From assembly GCF_964355755.1 (NCBI RefSeq), contig NC_092671.1, positions 26,052,070-26,116,069 on the forward strand: a DNA stretch of 64,000 nt, written 5' to 3'. The notes beneath the pieces are model-generated. The model had not been told where the DNA came from. It did no database searches and worked only from the letters and a program-made list of their open reading frames with translations. Source of the DNA: Antedon mediterranea. Lineage: Eukaryota > Animalia > Echinodermata. How positions within the stretch are numbered: the stretch's first letter is position 1; each line of letters begins with the position of its first letter. The position numbers and the translations under genes were made by a program. This document shows, piece by piece, positions 28,111-42,100 of this stretch.

Positions 28111-31100
28111 ATGGATAGTGACCAAGATTCCTTGGATCAGAATGAAGAAGGAATTGATGTTGTCGAAGTAAATGAAGGTGACATTGAAGAGGTCATTGAC
28201 CTTGATGAATCTGAAGAACAAGGTACAGTATCATTTATTTACATAATGTACATTTACAGCTACTATTGAATTATTGTGTTAAATATTAAAATTCTAAATT
28301 TTACTTAAAACCCCTTTATCATTTTAACATTTAGTTGGGTAGGAAGAGGGGGTTACCATGCACTCCTATGATGTATTTTCGTGCCGCACTTTTAGGCAGT
28401 TATATTCAAGAAGACAGAAGCATTAGGAAACTGTATCACGCTGATGCTTATAGTTTACTAAGGCTGAAAAACAGCGTGCGCGACCCTAGTATCCATTGGC
28501 TAGAGTTGTCTAGGGAGTCCAAGGACGAAGCCAGTTGCATCACAGAGACCTTGCCACAGTGGCTGGCTCAAAGCACAGTAGACTGTATAAGACCTATTTA
28601 ATAAACAATTTTTTCGTTTTGGTAGGCAATGTATGCCAGTTATAATACCATCAATTTATCATTGATTTGAATAATGGTAAAAAAAATCCTTCCTCCTCTG
28701 TTTGCTTAGTGAGTACTGTACATTTGTCGACGGCTTTACAATTATGTCAGGAAATTATGTCAAAAAGTCGCTGTGTTTTTTGTAAGAAATATTTCTTGAA
28801 CATGAATTTTTGTACTAATGTAAAATTTGACAAATGGTATTTAAGTAATGTACTACAGTACACTAATAATAACATGAACCTTTATACTCCTTCCCTCACC
28901 ATTTTAGAAACCACCAACTACCAATTAAGTACAACCATATCGTAATTAAAAATAAATAAATATAAAAAATACTATTTTTACTAGAATTATTTTAGTATGT
29001 CAGTAGTTAGACAGATGTTTAAGCATACTTCCACCCTCAATCTAATGAAGATCTGCAAGCTAAATCTTTTTTTATCGAATAATAAATCTGTATGATATAG
29101 TTCATTGGTTCATTCTAATTTTCTTTATTCATAATGAATGATTATGGTGAGATGACATCATAACATCACAGGAACTACTTACTTGAACAAGGACAGGAAA
29201 AAAAAGAACATGCTGGATATACCCTGTTGGGTATAGCATTCCTCGTGCATTTTAACCAATCATTTTCTGTTCTCCAGAACCATTCACAATAAGCGTCCAA
29301 ATCTGGACACAACAATTGGGCATTTCATGGGATAAATTACTAGCTGTAGTAATATATTACTTGTTTAAAATAATTTTCAGATGGAAGTGAGATGGAGATG
29401 GAAGGATATGACGGTGAAGATGAAGAAGTAGAAGATGACGAAGAAGAGGATGAAGAAGATGAGATGGTAGATGTTCAAGATGACGCAGACTTTTGTTTTA
29501 AAGCCCACACAGGTTGGTTATTATTACTAATAGAAACGTCTACATTTACAACATTTATAGTCATTTTATTAAAGGCCTTTATCAGTGTTCTCCGAAGCTA
29601 GTTTGACCAGCAAAATATTGCAGACTAGATTAGCTCAGACTAGTATTGAAATCCATGATACGATATGATAAAACTTTATTTTCACAATGGCAAAAATATA
29701 CAGCCATGAGATACTTTATGGGTCCTTATTTAAGTACACTCAAGTTAGTAAATATCACATAAATAACAAGACTAAATAAAAAATAAACAGGGAAATGTAA
29801 CAGAAACATGAGTAATTAGCGGACTAGCGTTTAAAATCTATATTGAACAACCTGATAGCTGATGGAATACATGTGTTTCTAAATCTATTTGTTTTGACTT
29901 TGGGGTGGAGTAATCTACCACGATCTGCAGGTAACAAGGGTATCAAAGACAGGATGAGTAACATCAGACATAATACAATTAAGTTTTTTAGACATCATTT
30001 CATTACATAAAGTGTTCTAACAATATAACATCGGTGCATATAATCTTACCTGCTTGCTTAATAATCAAATTTAAGTTTTTCCAAATATTTAAGTTCAGTT
30101 CGTTTAACCATATAATGATACAAAGTGAAAGAGCAGATTGTACAACAGAAACGTAAAACATGTGTAAAATATTGGACTTAACATTAAATTTCATCATTCT
30201 ACGTAGAAAGTACATTACAAAAAGGTGGTCTAACCCTAACAAGTATTAAATGTAAACATTAAAGCCAGCTAGACCAAGCCACCCTATTGAGTAACTGCCT
30301 GTATGCCAAGGATTACCCTAAGCATGTCTTTAGTGAGGTATCCAATTTTGTTAGAATAGATGTATTTATCTATCTTTTTAAATCAACTATCAAACGATAA
30401 CACCATTCTCTCTGAACTACTGATTTGTATGCCGTCGCCATGCTGTTGAGAACCAAAATTGAGAGAACCAATATTAATATACATTGGCAGCGACAATGAG
30501 AATACAAAACCTGAATGAATGCATCAATCGTTCCAAGCCGCACACTTTTAATACAGTTTTTTTCTCCAATCTTCATCATGTACTGTAGATTTCTTTGATA
30601 TTCAATAACCTACTAATTAATGGCGTTTCCATACACACGAGTGTCCATGATCATAATGTAATAAGTGGTATAGATTTGATTTGCAAAAAATCTATATAAT
30701 TACTAATTAAAACGTTTGTATTATTCTATTATATAGCTTCAGTTTTTAGCTGTGATCTTGACCCAAAGACATCCAGTCTTGCCGTCACTGGAGGTGAAGA
30801 TGATAAGGCCTATGTGTGGAATATAGCAGATGGCACTACTGCACTTATCTGCACAGGTATGAATTCACAAATACAAAAGAACATAGGGACTTGATTTGAG
30901 TGAATGGATGATAATAGACTGGTACTCATCCACAGGTATATGAATGTTTTAAGTGGACATTCATTATATACATAATATAAAAATAACGCTTAAAAAAGAA
31001 CGACGTTTCGACTCCATCATGGGGTCATTATCAAGTCCAATGAATAAAATATAAAACAACAACTAATTAAATAGCACAAGCCAAGGGTCAAAGTTTAAAT

Positions 31101-33073
31101 AACAAAAGACCTATTGTCTAACATCCTGTCAAATGAAAAGCTTAGCTTTTACAGAGTCACTTTGTTTATTCAGACTAGGTTTTAATTGTCTGATATACAA
31201 CATTTCATAGATAAGACAGTCAAATTTGTTTTTGCGTTTCCTAAGTATACTAAAACATGAATTAATTTTACTTGGATTAACAATCACGTTATGATCCTTT
31301 AAATGCTGTCCTATTAAGCATCTACTATGTTCAACAATGCGTTGGTAGAGGTGTCGGCATGTATATCCAACATAACTTGCATCGCACAAGTCACATTTAA
31401 ATTATACACAACACATTGTTGAATAGTTGGTTTCTTTTCGACTTTCCTAATGTTATCTTTAACTTTTTTACTTATGAATACAGGGACAATGTTTTTGTTT
31501 ATCTTGTGACTTAGTTGGCATAGTTGTCGCTTGACGGAGTTCGCAGATTTCTGGTCTTTGAATGGCAGGATGATTCGCACTGGTATTTCGGATAAATCTG
31601 TTTCACCTACTGCAGTGTTGTTATTGCTCTATGCTGGTTTAAAGTTCTGTATGGTTGTTATTAGTTCATCTGGATATTTCAGACACTTAAAAATCTTCCT
31701 TAGAATTTCACATTCATCATAAAAAAGCTGGTGGGTCGACGATAGTTTGTAAGCCCGATTTAACATAGTTATAATAAGTGACCTTTTATACTTGTTGTCA
31801 ACGTGACTATTGTAGTGTAGCAATAAGCCTGTGTCTGTTGGCTTTCTATAAACCCGTGTGTGCAATTTTTCCAAATCTTTGGTTATCAGCATTCCTAGGA
31901 AAAGTATTGAATTGTTCACGGCAGTTTCCATTGTGAACGCTATTGCAGGATGGGTTGTGTTAAGTAAAGCTAAAAATTAATTGGCTGCTTCTAGATTTGG
32001 CATGAATACTAGTGTGTCATCAACATACCGTTTGTAGTATTTGGGCATGTGGTTCGTAGATTCAAGGCGTTCCTCGATGTGGCACATAAATACATTTGCC
32101 ATAAGGGGCCCTAGAGGTGATCACATTGCAACTCCATCAACCTGTTCATACAAGTTACTTTTAAATTGGAATAGCTGATCTTTCGTTGATATATTGAGGA
32201 GTACAATTAAATCGTCCTTATCTAAGTTTAGTCCATAATTATCGTTGAACCAGTTGTTAGTAAATGCTTTATCAGCAATAATTTGAATTGTCTCGGTTAA
32301 AGAATTGTTAAAAAATTGTCTCATTATACTAGACTAGATTAAAAAGCGGCACAGTATGACACCGGTGTTGAAAGAGCTTCACTGGCTGCCAGTGTGTAAG
32401 AGAATAACGTTTAAAATCTCGCTGATCACTTACAAAGCGTTACATGGGCTTGCCCCTGATTATATTCGCGAGCTCATTTCTGAATACATCCCGTCGCGCT
32501 CTTTAAGGTCTGGTGATCAATTTCTTCTAACATTACCAAAATCATCCACTGCTTATGGTAGAAGGTCTTTTGCAGCAATAGCACCTTCATTATGGAACAA
32601 ACTTCCACTCTTTGTGAGACTTGCTCCTTCAGTCAGTATTTTTAAATCACGACTGAAAGCCCATCTGTTCTCATCCGGTATTAATTAAATTATTCATTCA
32701 TTCATTTATTCCTTCCCCGAAACCTTGACTCAGAAATACCGGGATGGTGTCCGGCGGGGGATAGTTTAACCCTAGCTTAAGTTGTGCATGCTTCATTTAC
32801 TCTCTATTCTTAACTCTGGCCCCGAAACCTTGACTCAGAAATACCGGGATGGTGTCCGGCGGGGGATAGTTTTACCTTAGTTAAGCATAGTTAAGCTTTG
32901 TTACATATTTTTTTTATTTTTTTTTTCACATTATTGATTGTCTCCATCCCCGAAACCTCGACTAAGAAATACCGGAATGGTGTCCGGCGGGGGATAGTTT
33001 ATTACCATTAGTTAAGGTCCTATGTAAAGCACCTAGAGGGGTCAGTGATCCATTAGGCGCTATATAAATACTG

Positions 33074-33126
<53 letters not shown>

Positions 33127-36100
33127 GAGATGTTTATAACAAGATAAAATACAGCTCTGCCAATTGATTGATTTAATTTAGTAATAGTAATAAAAATGAT
33201 ATTTAATGGTTCCATTCAACTGCCAGCACATTGTCAACACTTTTTCAAGTAATTATTAAACAATAATAATGATTGATGACTGTTTTGAATTCAGGGCATT
33301 CCGACTCTGTCACCTGTGTTGGTTTTAGCAGTGATTCTAAGTTTGTTGCTTCTGGAGACATGTCTGGGTTAGTGAAGGTCTGGAGCACAGAATCCTGGGA
33401 AGAGATTTGGTCATTTGAATGTTCTGACCTTGAGGTGAGAAAACCAATTTATGTCATTCCATGTGCAGTACCATTTATCGTAATATATATTTTTTCCTAC
33501 TATTCGACTCAGCTGCCATTAGGATTGTTTCCAAAGAAACCATTATTGTGCCTCAATGCACTGTAATAATCCTGTATAATCCAAAAAGTCCTGCATATGT
33601 AATTACCAGAAAAAGCCATTGATCATGTTGCCTCTTCTCGATCCTCCTGTATGCCGGTCACTAATAGGCACAGATTATGAAGGTGATTGATTGGCAAAGT
33701 AACCTAAAAAAGATTCTGCCTCTATTCTAGTGGTACTGAATTGAAACGGTTTACTTTTGTTAAAAACTGTATCATTTAAAAGAGTTATTTTTTTTTTTTT
33801 TTTCAAATTTTTTGTTTCATTTAATTTCTTTACTTCTTTTCTTGCAAGTTTGTCTCTACTGAGACTACAGTATCTTTCTTTCATTCATTCATTTTTATTT
33901 CAAAATTCATCAAACAAATTAATACAGATTAATATTCAGATTATTCAATTAAAAGGTACAAAGCCTGGAAAAAAACAAATAAGCTCAATTAAGCTTTAAG
34001 TCTGGTTTTACCAGAACAAAAAAACAACTACAAATATTATAGTATTGATTGTATCAAATAATAAACAATACATACATTTCAATTTCCCCAAATATATTTA
34101 CTCTTGATAGAATAATAACTGTTTCTCTTTTTTACAGTGGATAAAGTGGCATCCATCTGCACATGTCCTCTTAGCAGGTACTGCAGATGGTGATGTCTGG
34201 ATGTGGAAGATACCTAGTGGAGAGTGCAAAACAATGCAAGGACATGGATGTCAGACTACTACGGCAGAACTATTTTCAGATGGTATGAAGCTTAGTTTAC
34301 TTATTAATCTATTTTTATATCTTAATTTAGGCTTGATCTATCACCAGAACTATGACTGAGGATAGTCTCGAACCTGTGTGTATTGTAATGCTATCGTGCC
34401 TATGGTGATTTGGCTGAGTGATATACACAACCTCTTGAGAGCTCACAGGAACTGCTGCTTGAATAAGACCAAATAATCTCTCCCACTAAATGACATATTT
34501 TGACATAAATGCTGTTGGCACTAAATATTTTACAGCGTTCATTGTAGTGACAATCCCTTGGATTTAAGATGAGGTCAAGTAATTTCGTAAATTTTACTTT
34601 TTCTAATCCAGTTCAGCCTAAGACTTTCCGGTTTGCCATGTTTCTATCAGGTGACACACAAGGCTGATACCTAGTAGTATTATTACTATTATAGCAGCAT
34701 TCAATTGTCATACATTGTTCAATATCCAATTCGAAAGAGACCGCTACTCTCTTCGTCAGCAACAGACATGTTGCTGTTCATTGGGCTGAACCACTACCAG
34801 GAAGGGTATAAAATAACTGACCTGTCACTCCAAGAATATTAATATTTAGGTATCACAATTTTTGCATTGAACATTTAAAATTCTATTCATGAAATGTCTT
34901 GCTTTTAGGTAAACAGTGTTGTACAGGTTATGAAGATGGTGTAATAAAGGTGTGGGATCTGAAGACAGCCAAAGCGACTACAACATTTAAAGGTATGTCT
35001 AAATAACAATAATAATAAAATATTGTCACATATTAACTTTTAGTATTGGTTACTAATATAGTAGTGGATTACTAATATAGTAGTGGGTTACTAATATAGT
35101 AGTGGGTTACTAATATAGTAGTGGGTTACTAATATAGTAGTGGGTTACTAATATAGTAGTGGGTTACTAATATAGTAGTGGGTTACTAATATAGTAGTGG
35201 GTTACTAATATAGTAGTGGGTTACTAATATAGTAGTGGGTTACTAATATAGTAGTGGGTTACTAATATAGTAGTGGGTTACTAATATAGTAGTGGGTTAC
35301 TAATATAGTAGTGGGTTACTAATATAGTAGTGGGTTACTAATATAGTATTGGTTACTAATATAGTAGTGGATTACTAATATAGTAGTGGATTACTAATAT
35401 AGTAGTGGGTTACTAATATAGTAGTGGGTTACTAATATAGTAGTGGGTTACTAATATAGTAGTGGGTTACTAATATAGTAGTGGGTTACTAATATAGTAG
35501 TGGGTTACTAATATAGTAGTGGGTTACTAATATAGTAGTGGGTTACTAATATAGTAGTGGGTTACTAATATAGTAGTGAGTTACTAATATAGTAGTGGGT
35601 TACTAATATAGTAGTGGGTTACTAATATAGTAGTGGGTTACTAATATAGTAGTGGGTTACTAATATAGTAGTGGGTTACTAATATAGTAGTGGGTTACTA
35701 ATATAGTAGTGGGTTACTAATATAGTAGTGGGTTACTAATATAGTAGTGGGTTACTAATATAGTAGTGGGTTACTAATATAGTAGTGGGTTACTAATATA
35801 GTATTGGGTTACTAATATAGTATTGGGTTACTAATATAGTAGTGGGTTACTAATATAGTAGTGGGTTACTAATATAGTAGTGGGTTACTAATATAGTAGT
35901 GGGTTACTAATATAGTAGTGGGTTACTAATATAGTAGTGGGTTACTAATATAGTAGTGGATTACTAATATAGTAGTGGGTTACTAATATAGTAGTGGGTT
36001 ACTAATATAGTATTGGTTACTAATATAGTAGTGGGTTACTAATATAGTAGTGGGTTACTAATATAGTATTGGTTACTAATATAGTATTGGTTACTAATAT

Positions 36101-39100
36101 AGTAGTGGGTTACTAATATAGTATTGGTTACTAATATAGTAGTGGGTTACTAATATAGTAGTGGATTACTAATATAGTAGTGGATTACTAATATAGTAGT
36201 GGGTTACTAATATAGTAGTGGGTTACTAATATAGTAGTGGGTTACTAATATAGTAGTGGGTTACTAATATAGTACAGTCAACTCTCCCAATACCGGACAC
36301 CTTTGGGCCGGCCAAATAAGTCTGGTTTTCCGGAAAGTCTGGTATTCGGAATGTGTTTTTAATGGTAAATATAAATTTGGGACCTTTTGGTCCTCAAAAA
36401 ATGTCTGGTATTGGGAGAGTTTCTGGTTTTCGGAGAGTCCGGTATTGGGAGAGTTGACTGTAGTGGGTTACTAATATAGTAGTGGGTTACTAATATAGTA
36501 GTGGATTACTAATATAGTAGTGGATTACTAATATAGTAGTGGATTACTAATATAGTATTGGTTACTAATATAGTAGTGGGTTACTAATATAGTAGTGGGT
36601 TACTAATATAGTAGTGGATTACTAATATAGTAGTGGATTACTAATAGAGTAGTGGGTTACTAATATAGTATTGGTTACTAATATAGTAGTGGATTACTAA
36701 TATAGTATTGGTTACTAATATAGTAGTGGATTACTAATATAGTAGTGGGTTACTAATATAGTATTGGTTACTAATATAGTAGTGGATTACTAATATAGTA
36801 TTGGTTACTAATATAGTAGTGGGTTACTAATATAGCAGTGGATTACTAATATAGTATTGGTTACTAATATAGTAGTGGGTTACTAATATAGTAGTGGATT
36901 ACTAATATAGTAGTTGGTTACTAATATAGTAGTGGGTTACTAATATAGTAGTGGATTACTAATATAGTAGTGGATTACTAATATAGTAGTGGATTACTAA
37001 TATAGTAGTGGATTACTAATATAGTAGTGGATTACTAATATAGTATTGGTTACTAATATAGTAGTGGGTTACTAATATAGTAGTGGATTACTAATATAGT
37101 AGTGGGTTACTAATATAGTAGTGGGTTACTAATATAGTAGTGGGTTACTAATATAGTAGTGGGTTACTAATATAGTAGTTGGTTACTAATATAGTAGTGG
37201 GTTACTAATATAGTAGTGGATTACTAATATAGTAGTGGGTTACTAATATAGTAGTGGGTTACTAATATAGTAGTGGGTTACTAATATAGTATTGGTTACT
37301 AATATAGTAGTGGGTTACTAATATAGTAGTGGGTTACTAATATAGTATTGGTTACTAATATAGTAGTGGGTTACTAATATAGTATTGGTTACTAATATAG
37401 TAGTGGATTACTAATATAGTAGTGGATTACTAATATAGTAGTGGGTTACTAATATAGTATTGGTTACTAATATAGTAGTGGGTTACTAATATAGTATTGG
37501 TTACTAATATAGTAGTGGATTACTAATATAGTAGTGGATTACTAATATAGTAGTGGATTACTAATATAGTAGTGGGTTACTAATATAGTAGTGGGTTACT
37601 AATATAGTAGTGGGTTACTAATATAGTAGTGGGTTACTTATATAGTATTGGGTTACTAATATAGTAGTGGGTTACTAATATAGTAGTGGGTTACTAATAT
37701 AGTAGTGGGTTACTAATATAGTATTGGGTTACTAATATAGTAGTGGGTTACTAATATAGTATTGGTTACTAATATAGTAGTGGGTTACTAATATAGTAGT
37801 GGGTTACTAATATAGTATTGGTTACTAATATAGTAGTGGGTTACTAATATAGTAGTGGGTTACTAATATAGTAGTGGGTTACTAATATAGTAGTGGGTTA
37901 CTAATATAGTAGTGGATTACTAATATAGTATTGGTTACTAATATAGTAGTGGGTTACTAATATAGTAGTGGGTTACTAATATAGTAGTGGATTACTAATA
38001 TAGTAGTGGTTTACTAATATAGTAGTGGGTTACTAATATAGTAGTGGATTACTAATATAGTAGTGGATTACTAATATAGTAGTGGATTACTAATTTAAGC
38101 TTGAAATTATTTAATTAAAGTAGTAAAACATTATCTTCCATTTCCTCTTCGCTTGCATCTGATAAAACATTTAACAATTCTGATTTATTTACAGGGAACT
38201 CTGGTCATCAAGACAGTGTGACATCATTAGATTGCCATGACAACAATAACCTGATATTGTCAGGATCTGTTGATGGATCTAGCAAGATATATAATTGTAA
38301 CACTGGCAAGGTAAAGATCCCAGACCTAAGAAAAAGATTCCCTCCCCAACCTCAGCACTTCTTTTTTTATCCAATATTTACCATGCTATTTCTCTAAAGT
38401 TCTGTCTGCACTATCAAACTAGTTCGACAAAAAAATGTGTCATGTGCCCAAATATGCTATTGATATGATGTCATCAACCCTTTTTTTTATAGTGTAGACA
38501 AAGCTTTAGATTACAGATATGCAGTGCCTACCAGATCAACACACCGGGAGACGATCTCCTACTCTTTTCGAATAGTGTACCAAGTACACTATATGTACAC
38601 TGGACCATCGACTTTACGTCCTATATGAAGGACGAGGCAATAAGAGTAAAGCATCTTGACTGATGATGCAATCAGTATGATGTTATCATTACACCAACAC
38701 TCTCTGGTATATACAGCACCCTATGTGATTCCCAGACAGTCTCCCGTCCAGAATGCAACTAGCCCAACGTTGCTTAATTTGACGAGAACCGATGTTTCAA
38801 CGCAGTGGTAACAATTACTTCAATTTATTTACTTCAGGTGTATTATTATTATTTATCTTGTCAGGAAGTGGCAGTTTTCTTTGCTGGTGATGTCAATGAA
38901 GATATAGGTGAAACAAATTCAATTGAATCAGTAGGATTCTGTCACAGGTAAGAATTTCATTTTTCTTGCATAATAGGGATTCACATTCCTATTCCTACTT
39001 TAGACTAAAGGCCCGGTCTCACCAGACTCTAATGATCACGATATGATAACCAAAATACCAGTATAGTGGTTATAATGCACTTCTTGTATCCTCATATACA

Positions 39101-42100
39101 TTTGTACAATTTTTGTTGCACGATAGAAAGTTAAAGACAACCAAAAGAGAGTAGGGGCAACAAAACTTTATTTCTAGAGGCTTTGATTAAATGTTGTAAT
39201 GGCCTGGAAGAAAAATTTAAAAAATGATAATCGAAAAGAATTTTTTATTATATGACAAATCTCTTTTTATAAACACTATAAAAGAGATATCTGGCAGGAG
39301 ATCAGTCACAGCATTTGGACGAGTGGTGAGTACCTTTTACGTATTGAGAATAATACCTGGTCAAGGCGAACACCTTGGTTGGCGATGGCTAATTTTCTGG
39401 CTTGACGCCCAGGTCAGGCCTACAAACAGAACATATCAATCGTTGTATCGTGTTATACTATGACTATAAGAATTATATATTTACAATATATATTGGTAAA
39501 CATATCGTGGGTGGTGTGGTGTGACTGGTCTTTAGTATAATCTATACTTTATATTATTCCACCCCCGATTTAGTCTCAATTTCACGATGTCATACTCTTT
39601 CATTCAGTGAGTGTTGTAGGCAAATGCAACTGCGCTGTCTGAGAGTGTAGCAACACACTCCTCTACCACCTATAGTTTTTGTGATTCTTGCATCGAGAAT
39701 AAAAAACCTACATTTTATAACCACATACACAGAATGGAAACAGAAAGTCTCGGCTTACCGTTTTTCCGATCGAAATAGTTAAATCTCTCTATTGTTTCAA
39801 TAATGTTTTCAAGACTTGTCAATTAAAATTAGTATTCATGTCGATTCTGTATAATTATATGCAACAATTTATTTAATTTTCAGTCAACCACTTGCAGCCA
39901 TTGGCTCTTTGAATGGTACACTTAGCATTTGGGACATGCCTACTCAGATTGTTCGTCACAAATGTCAACACGATGTATGTTTTCTTTATAATCTTTTACA
40001 TTTGACATCAATATTATATCAAAATGTTCTACAATGCTTTTTCCACGTGTATTGTTAATATAGATGATTTTTTAAGTCCAGTGGGTGAGTGGTTAAAGCG
40101 TTGCAAACCACAGCCCTAAACAAAATTGGTCACAGGTTCAAGTCAACATTGACTTGTTAGTCTACTTGCGGATGCGCAAATCATAAAAACGTTGTCATAT
40201 AGTATCTGTCGGCATAGTGGGCGTGCAAATCGAAAAGCCTCTACTGTCACTCACAGCCAATACTTCAAGTAAGCCTTCTGGTAGGCCTCTTTATTCTGTA
40301 ACAATCAATATTTTGAATGTGGAATTTATGACGATGAAGATGATATACATCTCTCTGATGTGCACTTTAAAGAACCCATTGCATCTTTTGTTTTACTATA
40401 CTATGGCAACGGCAAGATTTGCTTACATATTATTAACCATGCTCTGCCATTACTTTCATTGCTTTGTTTTTTTCTTTAGGCTGGAATTGTTAAGCTAAAA
40501 TGGGATAAAACAAACCCATTTGTTTACACATGCAGTCTAGATGGAAATATAAGGCTTTGGGATGCAAGGTCAGGAAAGGTTGAAGGGTCATGGTCAGGTC
40601 ACAAGGGAGAAATCCTGGACATGAATATCAGCAGGTAAGTTGCTTAATTAGCTTTATTCTTAATAACTTTCTTTAAACTCGATAGCTTGTTTCATGTTGT
40701 CATAGGTTGTGGCAGTCTCTGTCGCAGATGAAGCAAACGGTGATGAAGCCCTGCAGGTTTTTTATTTATCTCTTCGGCAGCCTCTCTTTGCAACACTCCC
40801 ACCAACTACATCAATCAAGATTAGCCATAAGGCCCAGCCAGTTTTCGATGTCCTTGTGTTAGACTTCTGTCTTGCCACAGCATGGTCTTAAGGATTCATG
40901 AATCGATTTATTGGACAAAGTCTCCATGTAAGTTATGGATTACCAGAACCTCAACATTGGTAACTTTGTCGTGCCTGTGTCTGTCTTACCAGGCTGGTTA
41001 TGATTGCTTGGAGATGCACTTCTTTTTGTAGGTTGAGATGTTTTCAAAAACTCCTTTTGGATGCTAGTTTCTTGTTGGAATTTTTGGGAAGGTGAGACCC
41101 CTTCCTTCCAAAACGTGCATTGTTCAATCAAGTTTCTGGAAACTATTTGAGGCTTTGCCCAGGGATAAGCTGTCAATAATGTAGCTTTGCTGAGATGTTG
41201 GCTTAATCAATAACTAGCCAAACTTTTATGGCAACAAGCACCTCTCTATCTGGATTAGAGTTCTAAGTAATACCCTTTTTTTCTGACTTTTGTGGTTGGC
41301 TATGGTAATTTGATCTGAAGAGGCTGTTCTGAGTGTGTCCTAGAGTTTTCATCAGTGGTTATATGTTTCATGTAGATGTAGATTTCAATTTGTAATTTTC
41401 ACAAGCACTACACTTTGCTTTAGTAATTGGCATATCTTTGTTTGGTTAGCCTCATTCTGTGTCATGCATGTTTTGTAGACCTATATTACAATTGTCTTAA
41501 AGCCCCATTCCCTACGTTTTTTAGATCTATTTTAAGATCACAAACTATATTTAATGTAAAAATAATACTATATGGTCCTATTGCGATAACTTTTTTCGTC
41601 TTTAAACGGTTAAAAATGTGAAAAATAAATCGATTCTAATAATTATAGAGGCCCGCTATAAATCCCAAAATGCATTGCGCGCGGGTTGATATTTTTGTTT
41701 TTCACCTGTAATTCGCCCACTTTTCGATCGATCGTGAAGCCAAAACAAATGGAAGACTCCTAACTTTTCAGCGAAAATACCGGGTTTTCCCCAATTTGTA
41801 TCAACGGAGTCTGGCAAAAATAGAAAGACAATTAATGCAGCAACTATACAACGTCAGGCTAGGTATATAGCTAGCGTACGATGTTCGTACGTTATCGATG
41901 TTTACCAGCTAGGCCTACAAAACTAAGCCTAGCTAGGCTATGCCTAAGACCGTCCACGAGAGGTCGATCGCCGCGAGCTACTTAGGTAGTGCATTGTTTC
42001 TCACTTTTTATCATAATTTATCATAAAACGTACATTTAAGACAAGGAATGACATGGTTTAATGTTTTTAAAGTGATTTTCCAAAAAACGTCCAAAATTGC

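Noticed and set aside
30230-30240. ctaaccctaac, identical to the vertebrate telomerase RNA template
   Set aside because: It sits at the edge of a LINE fragment in AT-rich intron, with no recognisable pseudoknot or H/ACA domain.
32715-33000. Repeat-spacer-repeat layout resembling CRISPR
   Set aside because: It is a eukaryotic LINE 3' UTR with unequal spacers and no cas genes. Kept as an RNA-motif finding instead.
38712-38810. Functional 5S rRNA gene
   Set aside because: It is 5'-truncated and has an internal deletion and many substitutions.
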